Positions 1-7,984 of a DNA stretch of 34,921 nucleotides are shown piece by piece. The notes beneath the pieces were generated by a model. It was not told the DNA's origin. It made no database searches and saw only the letters and a list, made by a program, of their open reading frames with translations. Position numbers and translations under genes: made by a program. Each line of letters starts with the position of its first letter. Within the stretch, counting starts at the first letter, position 1. Origin of the DNA: a virus (lineage: Duplodnaviria; Caudoviricetes); the IMG/VR virus record IMGVR_UViG_3300037478_000353, positions 1 through 34,921 of that record. One strand, given 5' to 3'.

Positions 1-206
1 CCGCAGATGAGGTCAGCCCCGGAAAGTTCATTTGCTCCGACATCGCGCACGTCCTCGTAGAGATCCACGCCGGGCCACTTCCGCCGGAGCACCGATCGGC
101 ACGCCCCATCCTTCTCCACCTGCCACACCACCCGATGCCCGGCCCGCTCAAGCCCCAGATCCATCCCCCCGATACCCGTGAAAAGTGAACCGACCGTGAG
201 GCTCAT
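1..206 (-). CDS. DNA (cytosine-5)-methyltransferase, N-terminal part, truncated at window edge
   Basis: Not in the ORF track. My translation from ATG at 206 gives MSLTVGSLFTGIGGMDLGLERAGHRVVWQVEKD...YEDVRDV...ADLICG, which has C5-MTase motif I (FxGxGG) and the lead-in to the catalytic motif IV. Confidence 0.92.
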   Translation of the reverse strand, partial: MSLTVGSLFTGIGGMDLGLERAGHRVVWQVEKDGACRSVLRRKWPGVDLYEDVRDVGANELSGADLIC

Positions 207-249
207 CGGCCGTCCCCGTGGGTGAGGGGGCGCGCGCGCGCGTGTGTCT

Positions 250-478
250 CTACACATTCGGCCCGGACAGGGGGCCGGGACGCTACCGTGGAGGGCAGCG
301 GGGTGTCGTTGTAGCGCGCGGGTTTCCCGACGATCCGTCGGGATTGGGCGACGCTCTGACCTGCCTTACAAGCAGGGGGTCGGGGGTTCGAGTCCCTCAG
401 CGCCCACTCATTGTAGCACAACGACTTACGTATGGTCGTCCTGCGCTGATCGCGCACACGTTCCACTACACGTTCGGC
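250..478. repeat. Candidate integrase arm-type sites around attP
   Basis: CTACACATTCGGC (250-262) vs CTACACGTTCGGC (466-478), plus ACACGTTC (456-463). Inverted GTCGTTGT (305-312) / ACAACGAC (418-425) flank the core. Confidence 0.55.
360..406 (+). other. attP core: 3' half of a tRNA-Val(TAC)
   Basis: CCTGC-CTTACAA-GCAGG anticodon arm (TAC at 367-369), GGGTC variable loop, GGGGG-TTCGAGT-CCCTC T arm, AGCGCCC-A acceptor 3' strand. No D arm or properly spaced 5' acceptor strand upstream. Lies 60 bp from the integrase stop. Confidence 0.88.
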
Positions 479-1611
479 GACCGATGGAGCTTGTGGGGGC
501 TCTCGGCGACGGCGAGTAGCGACGTCGGATCCGGCTGCGCGTAGATGTCGAGCGTGCGCACGCTCAGCCACCCGCCTTGCTCGGCGACGTCGGCCGGCGG
601 CAGGTGCTTGCGCTCCGTCACCCACTTTCTCCGGAACGCGTGCGGGCCGACCCTCCGGCCCTCGGGCACCTCGGCGAGCTCGTAGGCCGCGTCGAGGTAT
701 TTGCGCGCAGTCCAGCGGCTCCACGGCTTGCCGTTCGGCAGGTCGAACAGCGGCACCCGTCCCGCCTTGCCCGTGAGAGCGAGCGCCTCGTCCATCGCGG
801 CCCGAGCATCGGCCGACAGGACGGTCCACCGCTCGACGCCCACCTTGTCCGTCTCCCACCGTTTCAGCAGCCGGCCGTGCGGGTGGATCTCCGTGCGCTC
901 GGTGTCCAGGTCCGACGGCTGAAGCCGACATACCGCCGTGATCCGCCACCCGAGCGACTCCAGGAGCTGCATGAGCGCGGGAAACAGCGGATGCACGGCG
1001 CCCGCGACCCGCTGGACCGCGAGGTAGTCGTCGTAGAACGCCACCGGCCGGCGGGGGTTGATCTCCCGGGGCAGCCTGTAGCCCTGCATGGGGTTGCGCG
1101 GCAGTATGCCTCCCGAGTCCATCCCGGCCGCCCAATTGAACACCGCCCTGAGGAACGCGAGATCCGCGCGTATCGCGTTGGAGCGCACGGCCCGGAGCTT
1201 CCGCTTGGGCACCTTCACGTCGCCGGCCCGGCGCGCCCGCTCGAACGCCTTGAGCTGGTCGCCCTTCAGCCGGAGCGGGTCCGAGTCCTTGCCGAGCACG
1301 TGCGTCCACATCTCGATCCGACGCCGATCCTCCCGACGCTGGGCCGGGCTCTTGGACGGCGTCACGGCGAGCTCGTACGCCTCCAGCAGCGCCCCCAGTC
1401 GCAGCTTCGCGCCTCCCGCCGCGCCGCGAGCCGCGAGTAGCGTCGCCGAGCGGTCCCTGGCGGCCTTCTTCGCCGCGGGCATGTCCGAGTGCTTGAGGCT
1501 CAACCATTGGTCGCGGCCCCAGCGTAGATGCAGGTTCGGGCTCTCGTCATGACGCATCACCGCCACGCTGTAGCCGTACCCGCCCACGCTCCACACTCGT
1601 TTCCAGCCCAC
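466..1611 (-). CDS. int: Tyrosine recombinase (phage integrase)
   Basis: 381 aa with GWRIT (catalytic R), K in ETDK, HAFRR (HxxR), GGW and DIY (catalytic Y). Adjacent to the tRNA-derived att core. Confidence 0.93.
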   Translation of the reverse strand: MGWKRVWSVGGYGYSVAVMRHDESPNLHLRWGRDQWLSLKHSDMPAAKKAARDRSATLLAARGAAGGAKLRLGALLEAYELAVTPSKSPAQRREDRRRIEMWTHVLGKDSDPLRLKGDQLKAFERARRAGDVKVPKRKLRAVRSNAIRADLAFLRAVFNWAAGMDSGGILPRNPMQGYRLPREINPRRPVAFYDDYLAVQRVAGAVHPLFPALMQLLESLGWRITAVCRLQPSDLDTERTEIHPHGRLLKRWETDKVGVERWTVLSADARAAMDEALALTGKAGRVPLFDLPNGKPWSRWTARKYLDAAYELAEVPEGRRVGPHAFRRKWVTERKHLPPADVAEQGGWLSVRTLDIYAQPDPTSLLAVAESPHKLHRSPNV

Positions 1612-1951
1612 TCGCGCCCCTCCTGTTCTCGACGTGCAGCACGGGTACCGTCGCGTCCTCCACGACGCAACCCGGCTTCCGTGGCAGGTCGAGCACCCGG
1701 ATGCGTGGAGCGTTCTTCCTCCCGACGTTCTCGAGCTTGCCCTCCCGGATCATCCGGCCGAGCGAATCGGGGTCGTAGCCGGACAGCTCCGCGCCCTCGG
1801 TGAGCGACACCGTCTCGTGCGCGGCCTGGCGCAGATGGATCTCCAACTCGTCGGACATGCTCTCGACGAGCGTTGCGGTCGTGTGGAGCCCACGACGCCG
1901 GTACAACGCCGCCTCGCCACGCCACGACTCGATCAAGGTCGCGATCCTCAC
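1547..1951 (-). CDS. Excisionase-like winged-HTH DNA-binding protein
   Basis: GTG start inferred from the GTGA overlap at 1948-1951. Segment VSLTEGAELSGYDPDSLGRMIREGKL resembles Xis/HTH_17 helix-turn-helix. Directly upstream of int. Confidence 0.65.
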   Translation of the reverse strand: MRIATLIESWRGEAALYRRRGLHTTATLVESMSDELEIHLRQAAHETVSLTEGAELSGYDPDSLGRMIREGKLENVGRKNAPRIRVLDLPRKPGCVVEDATVPVLHVENRRGASGLETSVERGRVRLQRGGDAS

Positions 1952-2412
1952 GGCTCGCCCCCCCGTCCGCGCGTAATCTCGTGCCGCAACAACTCCCGAT
2001 CCACGCGCGTCAACCGTTTTCCTATCCGGTTGTATTCCGGCCATAGCTCGCGGATGTAGCGCGCCTCCATCTGCATCATCGTGGCCGCGTCCTTGCACTC
2101 GACGTACCACACGTCGTCGAAGTGCTTCTCCCTATCGCGAGCGTGCTGCCACACCCGTCTCGGCCACGAGCTCTTGGTCTGGCCCACGTACACGACGACG
2201 CCGTCGCGCACCAAGAAATACACGACACAGAGCTGTACGGGGGCTAGCTGCTTGAGGCCGGCCAAAGCCCTAAGCCCCTCGGGCCGCTCACAATCCGGGG
2301 CACGCTCGAGTGCAGCGCGGATCTCGTCCACAGTCGACCCGGTGCCGTCCAGCACAAAACCGGAAATGCACGCGTCCCCCGGCAACCCGGCGATCGTCCG
2401 AGCGATGCTCAT
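1948..2412 (-). CDS. GIY-YIG nuclease-like protein
   Basis: VVYFL...VVYVGQT...RR..QH...E...I....PEYN pattern matches the GIY-YIG fold. Confidence 0.75.
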   Translation of the reverse strand: MSIARTIAGLPGDACISGFVLDGTGSTVDEIRAALERAPDCERPEGLRALAGLKQLAPVQLCVVYFLVRDGVVVYVGQTKSSWPRRVWQHARDREKHFDDVWYVECKDAATMMQMEARYIRELWPEYNRIGKRLTRVDRELLRHEITRGRGGEP

Positions 2413-2537
2413 CGCCGCCCCCGCTCACCCGGAGTCCGGTACTCACCATCATGCCGGCGGAACCAGCGGCCCGCCCACACGAGGGCAGTGGTCAGGGCGA
2501 CCGCGTAGCAGGCAGCGAACAGGAGCCAGCCGGTCAT
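2409..2537 (-). CDS. Small single-TM protein (42 aa)
   Basis: MTGWLLFAACYAVALTTALVWAGRWFRR...; ATGA overlaps at both ends. Below the ORF-track cutoff. Confidence 0.55.
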   Translation of the reverse strand: MTGWLLFAACYAVALTTALVWAGRWFRRHDGEYRTPGERGRR

Positions 2538-2635
2538 CGCCGCCCCCACCAGGTGAGCCACCGGGACAGGGCCGCATACAGGGTGATTGCTCCGAACAAC
2601 CAGAGCGCGACGCCGAGCCAGTTCAGGGTGGTCAT
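2534..2635 (-). CDS. Small single-TM protein (33 aa)
   Basis: MTTLNWLGVALWLFGAITLYAALSRWLTWWGRR; AGGAG RBS; ATGA overlaps at both ends. Confidence 0.6.
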   Translation of the reverse strand: MTTLNWLGVALWLFGAITLYAALSRWLTWWGRR

Positions 2636-2907
2636 GGGCTCCTCCGGTACGCGCGCGCCTCGAGATGGCTGAGTGGCTTCGCCAGCCGCGCCCTGCATGC
2701 CTTGCATGTCACCCGCGTGCGCTCCGGCATCAGCCCGCGCCCGAGCGTGCGAAGCTGCCATTCGTGGAAGTAGCCGCCGCACGCCGAGCGAAACTCGTGC
2801 GAGCGCTGGAACATGCTTGCCCGCGCCGCGTGCACGACCCCACCATACACGGTGAGGCGCAGCGGCCACCGCTCGGGGTACGGCTTGCCCGCCACTGGCG
2901 CGCTCAC
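2632..2907 (-). CDS. Hypothetical protein, possible zinc finger
   Basis: GTGA overlap start; H...CG...VTCKAC pattern. Confidence 0.55.
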   Translation of the reverse strand: MSAPVAGKPYPERWPLRLTVYGGVVHAARASMFQRSHEFRSACGGYFHEWQLRTLGRGLMPERTRVTCKACRARLAKPLSHLEARAYRRSP

Positions 2908-3221
2908 GATGCCCCCCGCACGATGCCAACCGCCTTCGCCCACTCCCACGCGTCGTGCACGCTGCGCCACAGAGCCCACGGGATACCGGCCTCCTCACAT
3001 GCCAGCCGGAACCCGGTCTGCGCGGTCGACATCTTGCCCTTGGGCGTCTTCAGTTCCGCGAACGTCCAGGCGCTCGGGTGGATCACGATCAGGTCAGGGA
3101 TGCCTGCGGAGGTCCGGGTGCCGCCGCGCTCCTTCCGGTAGCCTTGGCTAGTGTCGTAGACAGAGCAGCCCACCGTGCGGAGGAAGCGCACGATTTCCAT
3201 TTGGATCTGTGCCTCCTTCAT
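2904..3221 (-). CDS. VRR-NUC domain nuclease
   Basis: MKEAQIQ...GIPDL...FAELKTPKGKMSTAQ: PD-(D/E)xK motif typical of phage VRR-NUC. Confidence 0.88.
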   Translation of the reverse strand: MKEAQIQMEIVRFLRTVGCSVYDTSQGYRKERGGTRTSAGIPDLIVIHPSAWTFAELKTPKGKMSTAQTGFRLACEEAGIPWALWRSVHDAWEWAKAVGIVRGAS

Positions 3222-3733
3222 TCCACAGCCTTCCATTTCTCACGCCGGACTATCGCTCGCACCGTTGGGCCGGAGACAGGGTAGTCTCGCGATATGCCGC
3301 GCATGCTCTCGCCCTCAGAGTGCCGCCGCCGAATCTCGCGTACATCATCCTCGGTCAGCTTCATGGGGCGGCGCGGGATCAGCCCGAGCGCGTAGGCGTG
3401 TGCGATGTTCTCGGAATGCGTCACGTACTCGAGGTTCGAGGCGTGATTGTTCGAAGGGTTGCCGTCTATGTGGTTGATCTCGTGGCCGACCGGACGCGGG
3501 CCCAGAAAGGCTTCCGCGACCAACTGGTGGACCCTCACGGTCTTGGTGCGCGGCTTGTCGCAGATCGTGATGACGGGGTAACCACTATACTTGAACTGGC
3601 GGGGCTCTCGTCCCACAAACGTCCCCTTCCGCCGCTTGACGTTGCGCACGCGGCCACCGTTACTCACCTCGTACGGCCACCCATCGACGGGCCGCCACTG
3701 CACGTCGCGGGAAAGGAGGGCTTCGGGCTTCAC
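3218..3733 (-). CDS. NUMOD4 + HNH homing endonuclease with C-terminal HTH
   Basis: WRPVDGWPYEVSNGGRVR (NUMOD4); VHQLVAEAFLG...INHIDGNPSNNHASNLEYVTHSEN (HNH); KLTEDDVREIR tail. GTG start from overlap. Confidence 0.9.
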   Translation of the reverse strand: MKPEALLSRDVQWRPVDGWPYEVSNGGRVRNVKRRKGTFVGREPRQFKYSGYPVITICDKPRTKTVRVHQLVAEAFLGPRPVGHEINHIDGNPSNNHASNLEYVTHSENIAHAYALGLIPRRPMKLTEDDVREIRRRHSEGESMRGISRDYPVSGPTVRAIVRREKWKAVE

Positions 3734-4074
3734 GGCGCCCCCACCTCCGCCGTCCGGGTAGACGCGCGACGTACCCACTGGTCGACAGATGCGATCTCCA
3801 TGTCGAGCGCCCGGGCTATGGTGCATTCGAGCAGGGCACCGCGAGAGCAGGCGGCGTCGGGCAGAACGGCTATCGCGTCGGCGGCGACCACTTGCTTGAT
3901 GGCTTCGCGCATGTACCACTGCCACGAGTGCGAGCCTACCGGGGCGCCGAAGCCGTTATCGGTCGGGCTCAGAACCCCGTAACCGGCCGCCTCCAGTATG
4001 TCCCGCGCGTGCTCGAAGGCCGGATAGTTGAAATCCGGTAGGCCCGTCATCGGCCCCGCCACGTACAACATCAC
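3730..4074 (-). CDS. DUF4406-like (nucleoside deoxyribosyltransferase-fold) phage protein
   Basis: LYVAGPMTGLPDFNYPAF...W.WYMR......DAI..LP...SRGALLE..IA..L pattern. Confidence 0.82.
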   Translation of the reverse strand: MMLYVAGPMTGLPDFNYPAFEHARDILEAAGYGVLSPTDNGFGAPVGSHSWQWYMREAIKQVVAADAIAVLPDAACSRGALLECTIARALDMEIASVDQWVRRASTRTAEVGAP

Positions 4075-4364
4075 GGCAGGCTCACCCGCGACAGCGCCAC
4101 GATAGACTGCCAGTCGGGAACCACCGTGCGGATGCTGTCATGCAGCTCGGCATCCTCACGGAGCACCACCGAGAGCGCGGTCGTCGAGCGGTCGAGAAGG
4201 ACGACCATCAACTCGGTCCGGTGCTCCTCCCTGGCGAACGCGTCGAGCGCGAGGGCCGCCGTGTCCGCGCGTCCGTACTCAACGGCAGACCAGAGCGTGA
4301 CGAGGCTGGCGGCGATCACCAGCAGGGTAGCGAGAGCTTCACGGGGGTCGGGGAGCGGGATCAT
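4071..4364 (-). CDS. Hypothetical protein with N-terminal TM helix
   Basis: Hydrophobic ALATLLVIAASLVTLWSAV; coupled overlaps with neighbours; GGGGGCGA-type RBS. Confidence 0.6.
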   Translation of the reverse strand: MIPLPDPREALATLLVIAASLVTLWSAVEYGRADTAALALDAFAREEHRTELMVVLLDRSTTALSVVLREDAELHDSIRTVVPDWQSIVALSRVSLP

Positions 4365-4705
4365 GGCTGTTCGCCCCCGTGCAAGATCAGGGTGGCGGGC
4401 GCGTAGAAGTCGTCGTCTTCGTCACCGTCGTCCCTGAGCATGATGACCGCCGAGCCGTCCGTGGGGTCGCGCAGATCGTCCAAGTGGTCGCCGCTGATCC
4501 AGACCTCGAATCGCTCACCCTCAGCATCCGCCCTCATCTTGCGGACGAGCGCGAGGGCGGCGCGGGCGCTTGACTCCTCGAGTCGCTGCCACGCCGTCCA
4601 CTGCTCTCTCGTGATGTCAGGGTCACACGGTGACTCGTCGATGTAGGCCAGGGCCGCCGCCAGCGCTTCCTCGACGACCTCCAGGGGGTTGCGTGGCTCA
4701 GTCAT
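4361..4705 (-). CDS. Hypothetical phage protein
   Basis: ATG at 4705 after GGAGG; ends in an ATGA overlap. Confidence 0.65.
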   Translation of the reverse strand: MTEPRNPLEVVEEALAAALAYIDESPCDPDITREQWTAWQRLEESSARAALALVRKMRADAEGERFEVWISGDHLDDLRDPTDGSAVIMLRDDGDEDDDFYAPATLILHGGEQP

Positions 4706-4922
4706 GGGGCACCTCCAGGTCACCGTCGAAGACCTTGAGGATCTCGCGACGGAGCCGGATACGTTCCTGGGTGCGAGCACCAAACAAGGCGCTGTCCACT
4801 TCACCGGTCGTCACGGATAGCACACCTCGGATTTGCAGGATCGCATCCACGATCGACTGCACGTCGTCGGTGCGAATCGGTCGCTCCAGTACCACCGTGA
4901 GTGTGTTGACCCTGTCGGTCAT
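4698..4922 (-). CDS. Hypothetical protein (ACT/ferredoxin-like pattern)
   Basis: MTDRVNTLTVVLE...IVDAILQIRGVLSV; ATGA overlap start. Confidence 0.65.
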   Translation of the reverse strand: MTDRVNTLTVVLERPIRTDDVQSIVDAILQIRGVLSVTTGEVDSALFGARTQERIRLRREILKVFDGDLEVPHD

Positions 4923-5488
4923 GGGTAGTAGCCCCGGTAGCGAGGATCGTGATTCCAAACGGTCGAGGGCGGGCCGTCGACCGCGTCGTCTCCGTAGTAC
5001 CAGGCGATCCACTCGGCGCCGTGCTCCTGCCAGTGGATCTCGAGGAGCTCGCATTCCCGTTCCGGGTCGAGGCCGGGGTGCTCGGCGAGAAACGCAGGCC
5101 AGCCGATATCACCGACCCGTATGTGGCAGGCACGGCACTGCCGGAAAATGCGCGTGAAGTGCGCCTTCCTGCCCGTGCCCTCAGTGCCGTAGTGGGAGTT
5201 GTCGCACTCCCGCGCGCCGCAACCGGGGGTCGTGCACTGCCCGCCGTACTTCGTGTAGAGCACCCTCTCGAGCGAGCCGTAGACCCGGTGCCACTCCTCG
5301 GCCTCACGCTCCTCGTCATGCCGGTAGCGCTCGTGGATCCCCTTGTCGTGCTCGATGCCGGCGGCTTCGAGGGCCTCCCACAACTCGGATGACGCTCTGC
5401 GCCAACGGCCTCGCTTCAGCGGGGTACGGCGGGCAAGCTCGGACGCGCGGAGCGGCGTCGTGCCGCGTGCCAGGGGCGTCTTCCTCAT
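4919..5488 (-). CDS. Putative Cys-His (HNH-like, DUF968/Ref-type) nuclease
   Basis: Basic N-terminus MRKTPLAR...RRTPLKR; C....C......SH....G.G.K.......CRACH.....G...F pattern. Confidence 0.55.
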   Translation of the reverse strand: MRKTPLARGTTPLRASELARRTPLKRGRWRRASSELWEALEAAGIEHDKGIHERYRHDEEREAEEWHRVYGSLERVLYTKYGGQCTTPGCGARECDNSHYGTEGTGRKAHFTRIFRQCRACHIRVGDIGWPAFLAEHPGLDPERECELLEIHWQEHGAEWIAWYYGDDAVDGPPSTVWNHDPRYRGYYP

Positions 5489-6168
5489 GCCACCGCCCCT
5501 TGCCGGACGGATTCGATGAGGGTCCACTTCAAATCTTCGTCCTCCGTGATCACGTCACCGAGGTCGCGCAGCTTCCTCTCGGCGGTCTCCATCTCGGCGC
5601 AGAACCGATCGAGTTGGCGGCCGATCATCTCCTGGACTTCCTCCTCCGGATACTGGCGAACGATCATCTTCGGGAGGTCGGGGTTGTAGGCGACCACGTC
5701 GATCCACGCCCGACCAGTCAGCCACAGATAGCCTTGCGTCTGGAGCCGCTCCGCGATCTCCTCCACGCCGGTGATGCAGCGCGCGTGGTGCTTCGCGGAG
5801 CGACACTTGATCTCGACCAGCCCGTCGTCGCCCACGAGCCCGTCCGGTGAGCCGCCGAAGTGGCCGGCGTCCGTCTCGATGAAGCCGACCTCGGTGACCT
5901 CCACGTCCCGAAAGAACGCGTACCAGCGCCGGGCCTCTGCCTCCATGTCCGTGCCCCGGTCGGTCCAGATCGTGTCGTATTCCTGGCCCCAATCGAGCGG
6001 ACGGCCGAGGATGCGCTCGGCGATCAGCTCGGACGCGTAGGCGCGCGCGGCCTTGGAGTACTCGAGCCGTGCCGACGTCAGGATGCGGGGCAGGTTCGAC
6101 ACGGTGGGGCGGCCGATGTGCAATTCGATCCATCGGGACGATCCCTGCGCGCAGTCGTGGACGATCAC
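5485..6168 (-). CDS. YqaJ / lambda-exonuclease family protein
   Basis: QGSSRW...RG...E.EAR..Y...EVGFI...GGSPDGLV...GLVEIKC...Q.Q..LW.TGR motifs. Confidence 0.92.
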   Translation of the reverse strand: MIVHDCAQGSSRWIELHIGRPTVSNLPRILTSARLEYSKAARAYASELIAERILGRPLDWGQEYDTIWTDRGTDMEAEARRWYAFFRDVEVTEVGFIETDAGHFGGSPDGLVGDDGLVEIKCRSAKHHARCITGVEEIAERLQTQGYLWLTGRAWIDVVAYNPDLPKMIVRQYPEEEVQEMIGRQLDRFCAEMETAERKLRDLGDVITEDEDLKWTLIESVRQGAVA

Positions 6169-6926
6169 TTGCGGGCCGCCTGAATCATGTTGCGCGCGGC
6201 CCCGACGTTGCCCTCGGTGAGGTCTGCCCACGTCTTCGCGTCGAAGATCGCCAGCAGCTTCGCGACCCGCTCCGCGGGCAGCCCCACGTCATCGGCGAGC
6301 GCCTTCAGTTCCTCGACCGTCTGCGCGTCGATCTTGTCGGAGGACGCCGGGCCTGCACCGTCGGCGTCGTCCGTGGTCGAGATCCCGAGCACGTCGGACA
6401 ACGCGATGCGCTTGCCGTAGGTGCGCGTGCCGGTCGCCTCCTGCGCCTTCGACGCCTTCGGGATCGTGGTCATGGGAACCGGCATCGACGAGCGCTCCGA
6501 GTGGCCCGCCTCGTGGTGCAGGATGCACTCGACGATGAGCCATGCCCCGTCCTTTGACGGCTCGGTCGAGAAGCGGTACACGAACCCGTGCTCTGCCAGC
6601 AGCGGATCGACGATCGCCTGGATCGTCTCCAGGTCCGCGTACATGATCCGCGTACCGGAGCGCTCCGCTCCGGGCTTGGTGCGTGGGATCGGGGGCAGCG
6701 CGGACCGGAAACGCGCGAACTGCTGACCGAACATCCGCTCGGCCTCGCGCTTGGCGAGCCGCTCCTCCATGTCCACCAGCTTCTCGAGCGACGCGACCGC
6801 GCCCTCGCCCTCTTGCAGCGCGGCCATCATGAGCGCGTTCACGTCCACGCCCGTCCGCACGTCGGGTCGCTCCACCCTTGGGCGCTCGGCGACCGCGGTC
6901 CCGACCTCTATCTGTTCGTCGGCCAT
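6165..6926 (-). CDS. erf: ERF-family single-strand annealing recombinase
   Basis: YADLETI...PLLAEHG...ILHHEAGHSE...Q..G..TYGKRIAL...LGI...DDADG, the ERF signature. Alternative GTG start at 6953. Confidence 0.88.
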   Translation of the reverse strand: MADEQIEVGTAVAERPRVERPDVRTGVDVNALMMAALQEGEGAVASLEKLVDMEERLAKREAERMFGQQFARFRSALPPIPRTKPGAERSGTRIMYADLETIQAIVDPLLAEHGFVYRFSTEPSKDGAWLIVECILHHEAGHSERSSMPVPMTTIPKASKAQEATGTRTYGKRIALSDVLGISTTDDADGAGPASSDKIDAQTVEELKALADDVGLPAERVAKLLAIFDAKTWADLTEGNVGAARNMIQAARK

Positions 6927-6949
6927 GACGGCCTCCGTCGTTGGTGTGC

Positions 6950-7192
6950 TCACGCGCCCTCCTCCCACCCACGTAGCTGGTCCTCCCAGCGGTCGAGCAG
7001 ATTCTGTAGCTCGAGACACGCGGCCACGTAGGTGTCAGTGCTGGGCATGGTGCCCTCGAAGATCCAGTCCCCCGGATTCCTCGCCGCCCTGTGGCATGCA
7101 TGGACGATCTTCACCCTGGCTTCCTCTCTCGCGTCGATCGCGTGCTCGATGTCGATACGGGTGATGGTCTTGCGCTCGGTGGTGGCGCTCAT
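6950..7192 (-). CDS. Hypothetical phage protein
   Basis: ATG at 7192 in an ATGA overlap, GGAGA upstream. Confidence 0.6.
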   Translation of the reverse strand: MSATTERKTITRIDIEHAIDAREEARVKIVHACHRAARNPGDWIFEGTMPSTDTYVAACLELQNLLDRWEDQLRGWEEGA

Positions 7193-7542
7193 CGGACGAT
7201 CTCTCCGGCTTCCAGGCAGCGATCCAGATAGGCGACGGCTTCGGCGCGGGTGATGCTGTCGAGGTCGGCGCCGTCCCAATCGTCGCGATAGCTGCTGTGC
7301 CAGAATCCGTAGAACAGGTGATGCCCGTCTCCCACACCGATGTCGAGTAGCCAGCTAGCCGTGGCGGGACCGGTCGGCGTTGTTGGCTTCCCGCCCTGCA
7401 AGACCACGTGCCCGGCGATGCAGCAAGCCGTACCGCAATCGGACAGACCCGGCTCCCACGCCGCCATGTCGAATCCCACCGGGTTGTCCTCATCCGCGAT
7501 CGCGTCGCGCACCTTCCGTAGCAGCTCCAGGTTCAGGCTCAT
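7189..7542 (-). CDS. Hypothetical phage protein (FDM..W...CGT.CCIAGH type)
   Basis: AGGAGG RBS and ATGA overlaps; motif recurrent in phage early regions. Confidence 0.7.
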   Translation of the reverse strand: MSLNLELLRKVRDAIADEDNPVGFDMAAWEPGLSDCGTACCIAGHVVLQGGKPTTPTGPATASWLLDIGVGDGHHLFYGFWHSSYRDDWDGADLDSITRAEAVAYLDRCLEAGEIVR

Positions 7543-7811
7543 CGGACGCCCTCCTCCTGGGTCAGCCGCTCTTGCTCCAGCCGAGCATTTGCCTTCGCCT
7601 TGCCCTCGCAGGACGAGCAAAGGGGCCACGGAGCGTCGGGCGCGATCGTGTGCTGGCAGATGCTGCAGCCCGCCGGGTACAGGTCGGTAGCGATGATCTC
7701 GTGGTCGCAGTTGATCGCGACCCACTCCCCGAACACTCGGACGACCTCACACTCGGAGCCGTCGGACTCGTAGTAGCGCTCGGAGTCTGTCCACCAGCGG
7801 ATGGCGCTCAT
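7539..7811 (-). CDS. Hypothetical zinc-binding protein
   Basis: CSIC...CSSC pairs; GGAGG RBS; ATGA overlaps. Confidence 0.6.
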   Translation of the reverse strand: MSAIRWWTDSERYYESDGSECEVVRVFGEWVAINCDHEIIATDLYPAGCSICQHTIAPDAPWPLCSSCEGKAKANARLEQERLTQEEGVR

Positions 7812-7984
7812 TCGGCCTCCGGGGCTGTCGTGGGGGTGGGCTCGGCCTCTCCCGGCTTGAGCAGGACCATGTCGTCGCGGATGTTGTCGGGGAGCATGTC
7901 CCACGCGTAACGGATGCCGTCCTCTGTAGGCGCGTGCATCGCGACCATGCCCACGCTCTTGTCGTAGATGCGCCACTCGCTCAT
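7808..7984 (-). CDS. Hypothetical protein (58 aa)
   Basis: MSEWRIYDKSVGMVAMHAPTEDGIRYAWDML...; fills the gap with ATGA overlaps on both sides. Confidence 0.6.
   Translation of the reverse strand: MSEWRIYDKSVGMVAMHAPTEDGIRYAWDMLPDNIRDDMVLLKPGEAEPTPTTAPEAE

Noticed and set aside
325-343. Hairpin as intrinsic terminator
   Set aside because: No U tract follows it on either strand.
346-410. Complete tRNA-Val gene
   Set aside because: Upstream GGGCG is too close and there is no D arm; the 3' end reads ACTCA, not ACCA. It is a fragment (att core).
203-1507. 434-aa ORF overlapping int and crossing attP
   Set aside because: Low-complexity Arg/Gly/Ala alternate frame of int, typical of high-GC DNA. 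Its ATGA overlap with the methyltransferase start is noted but insufficient.
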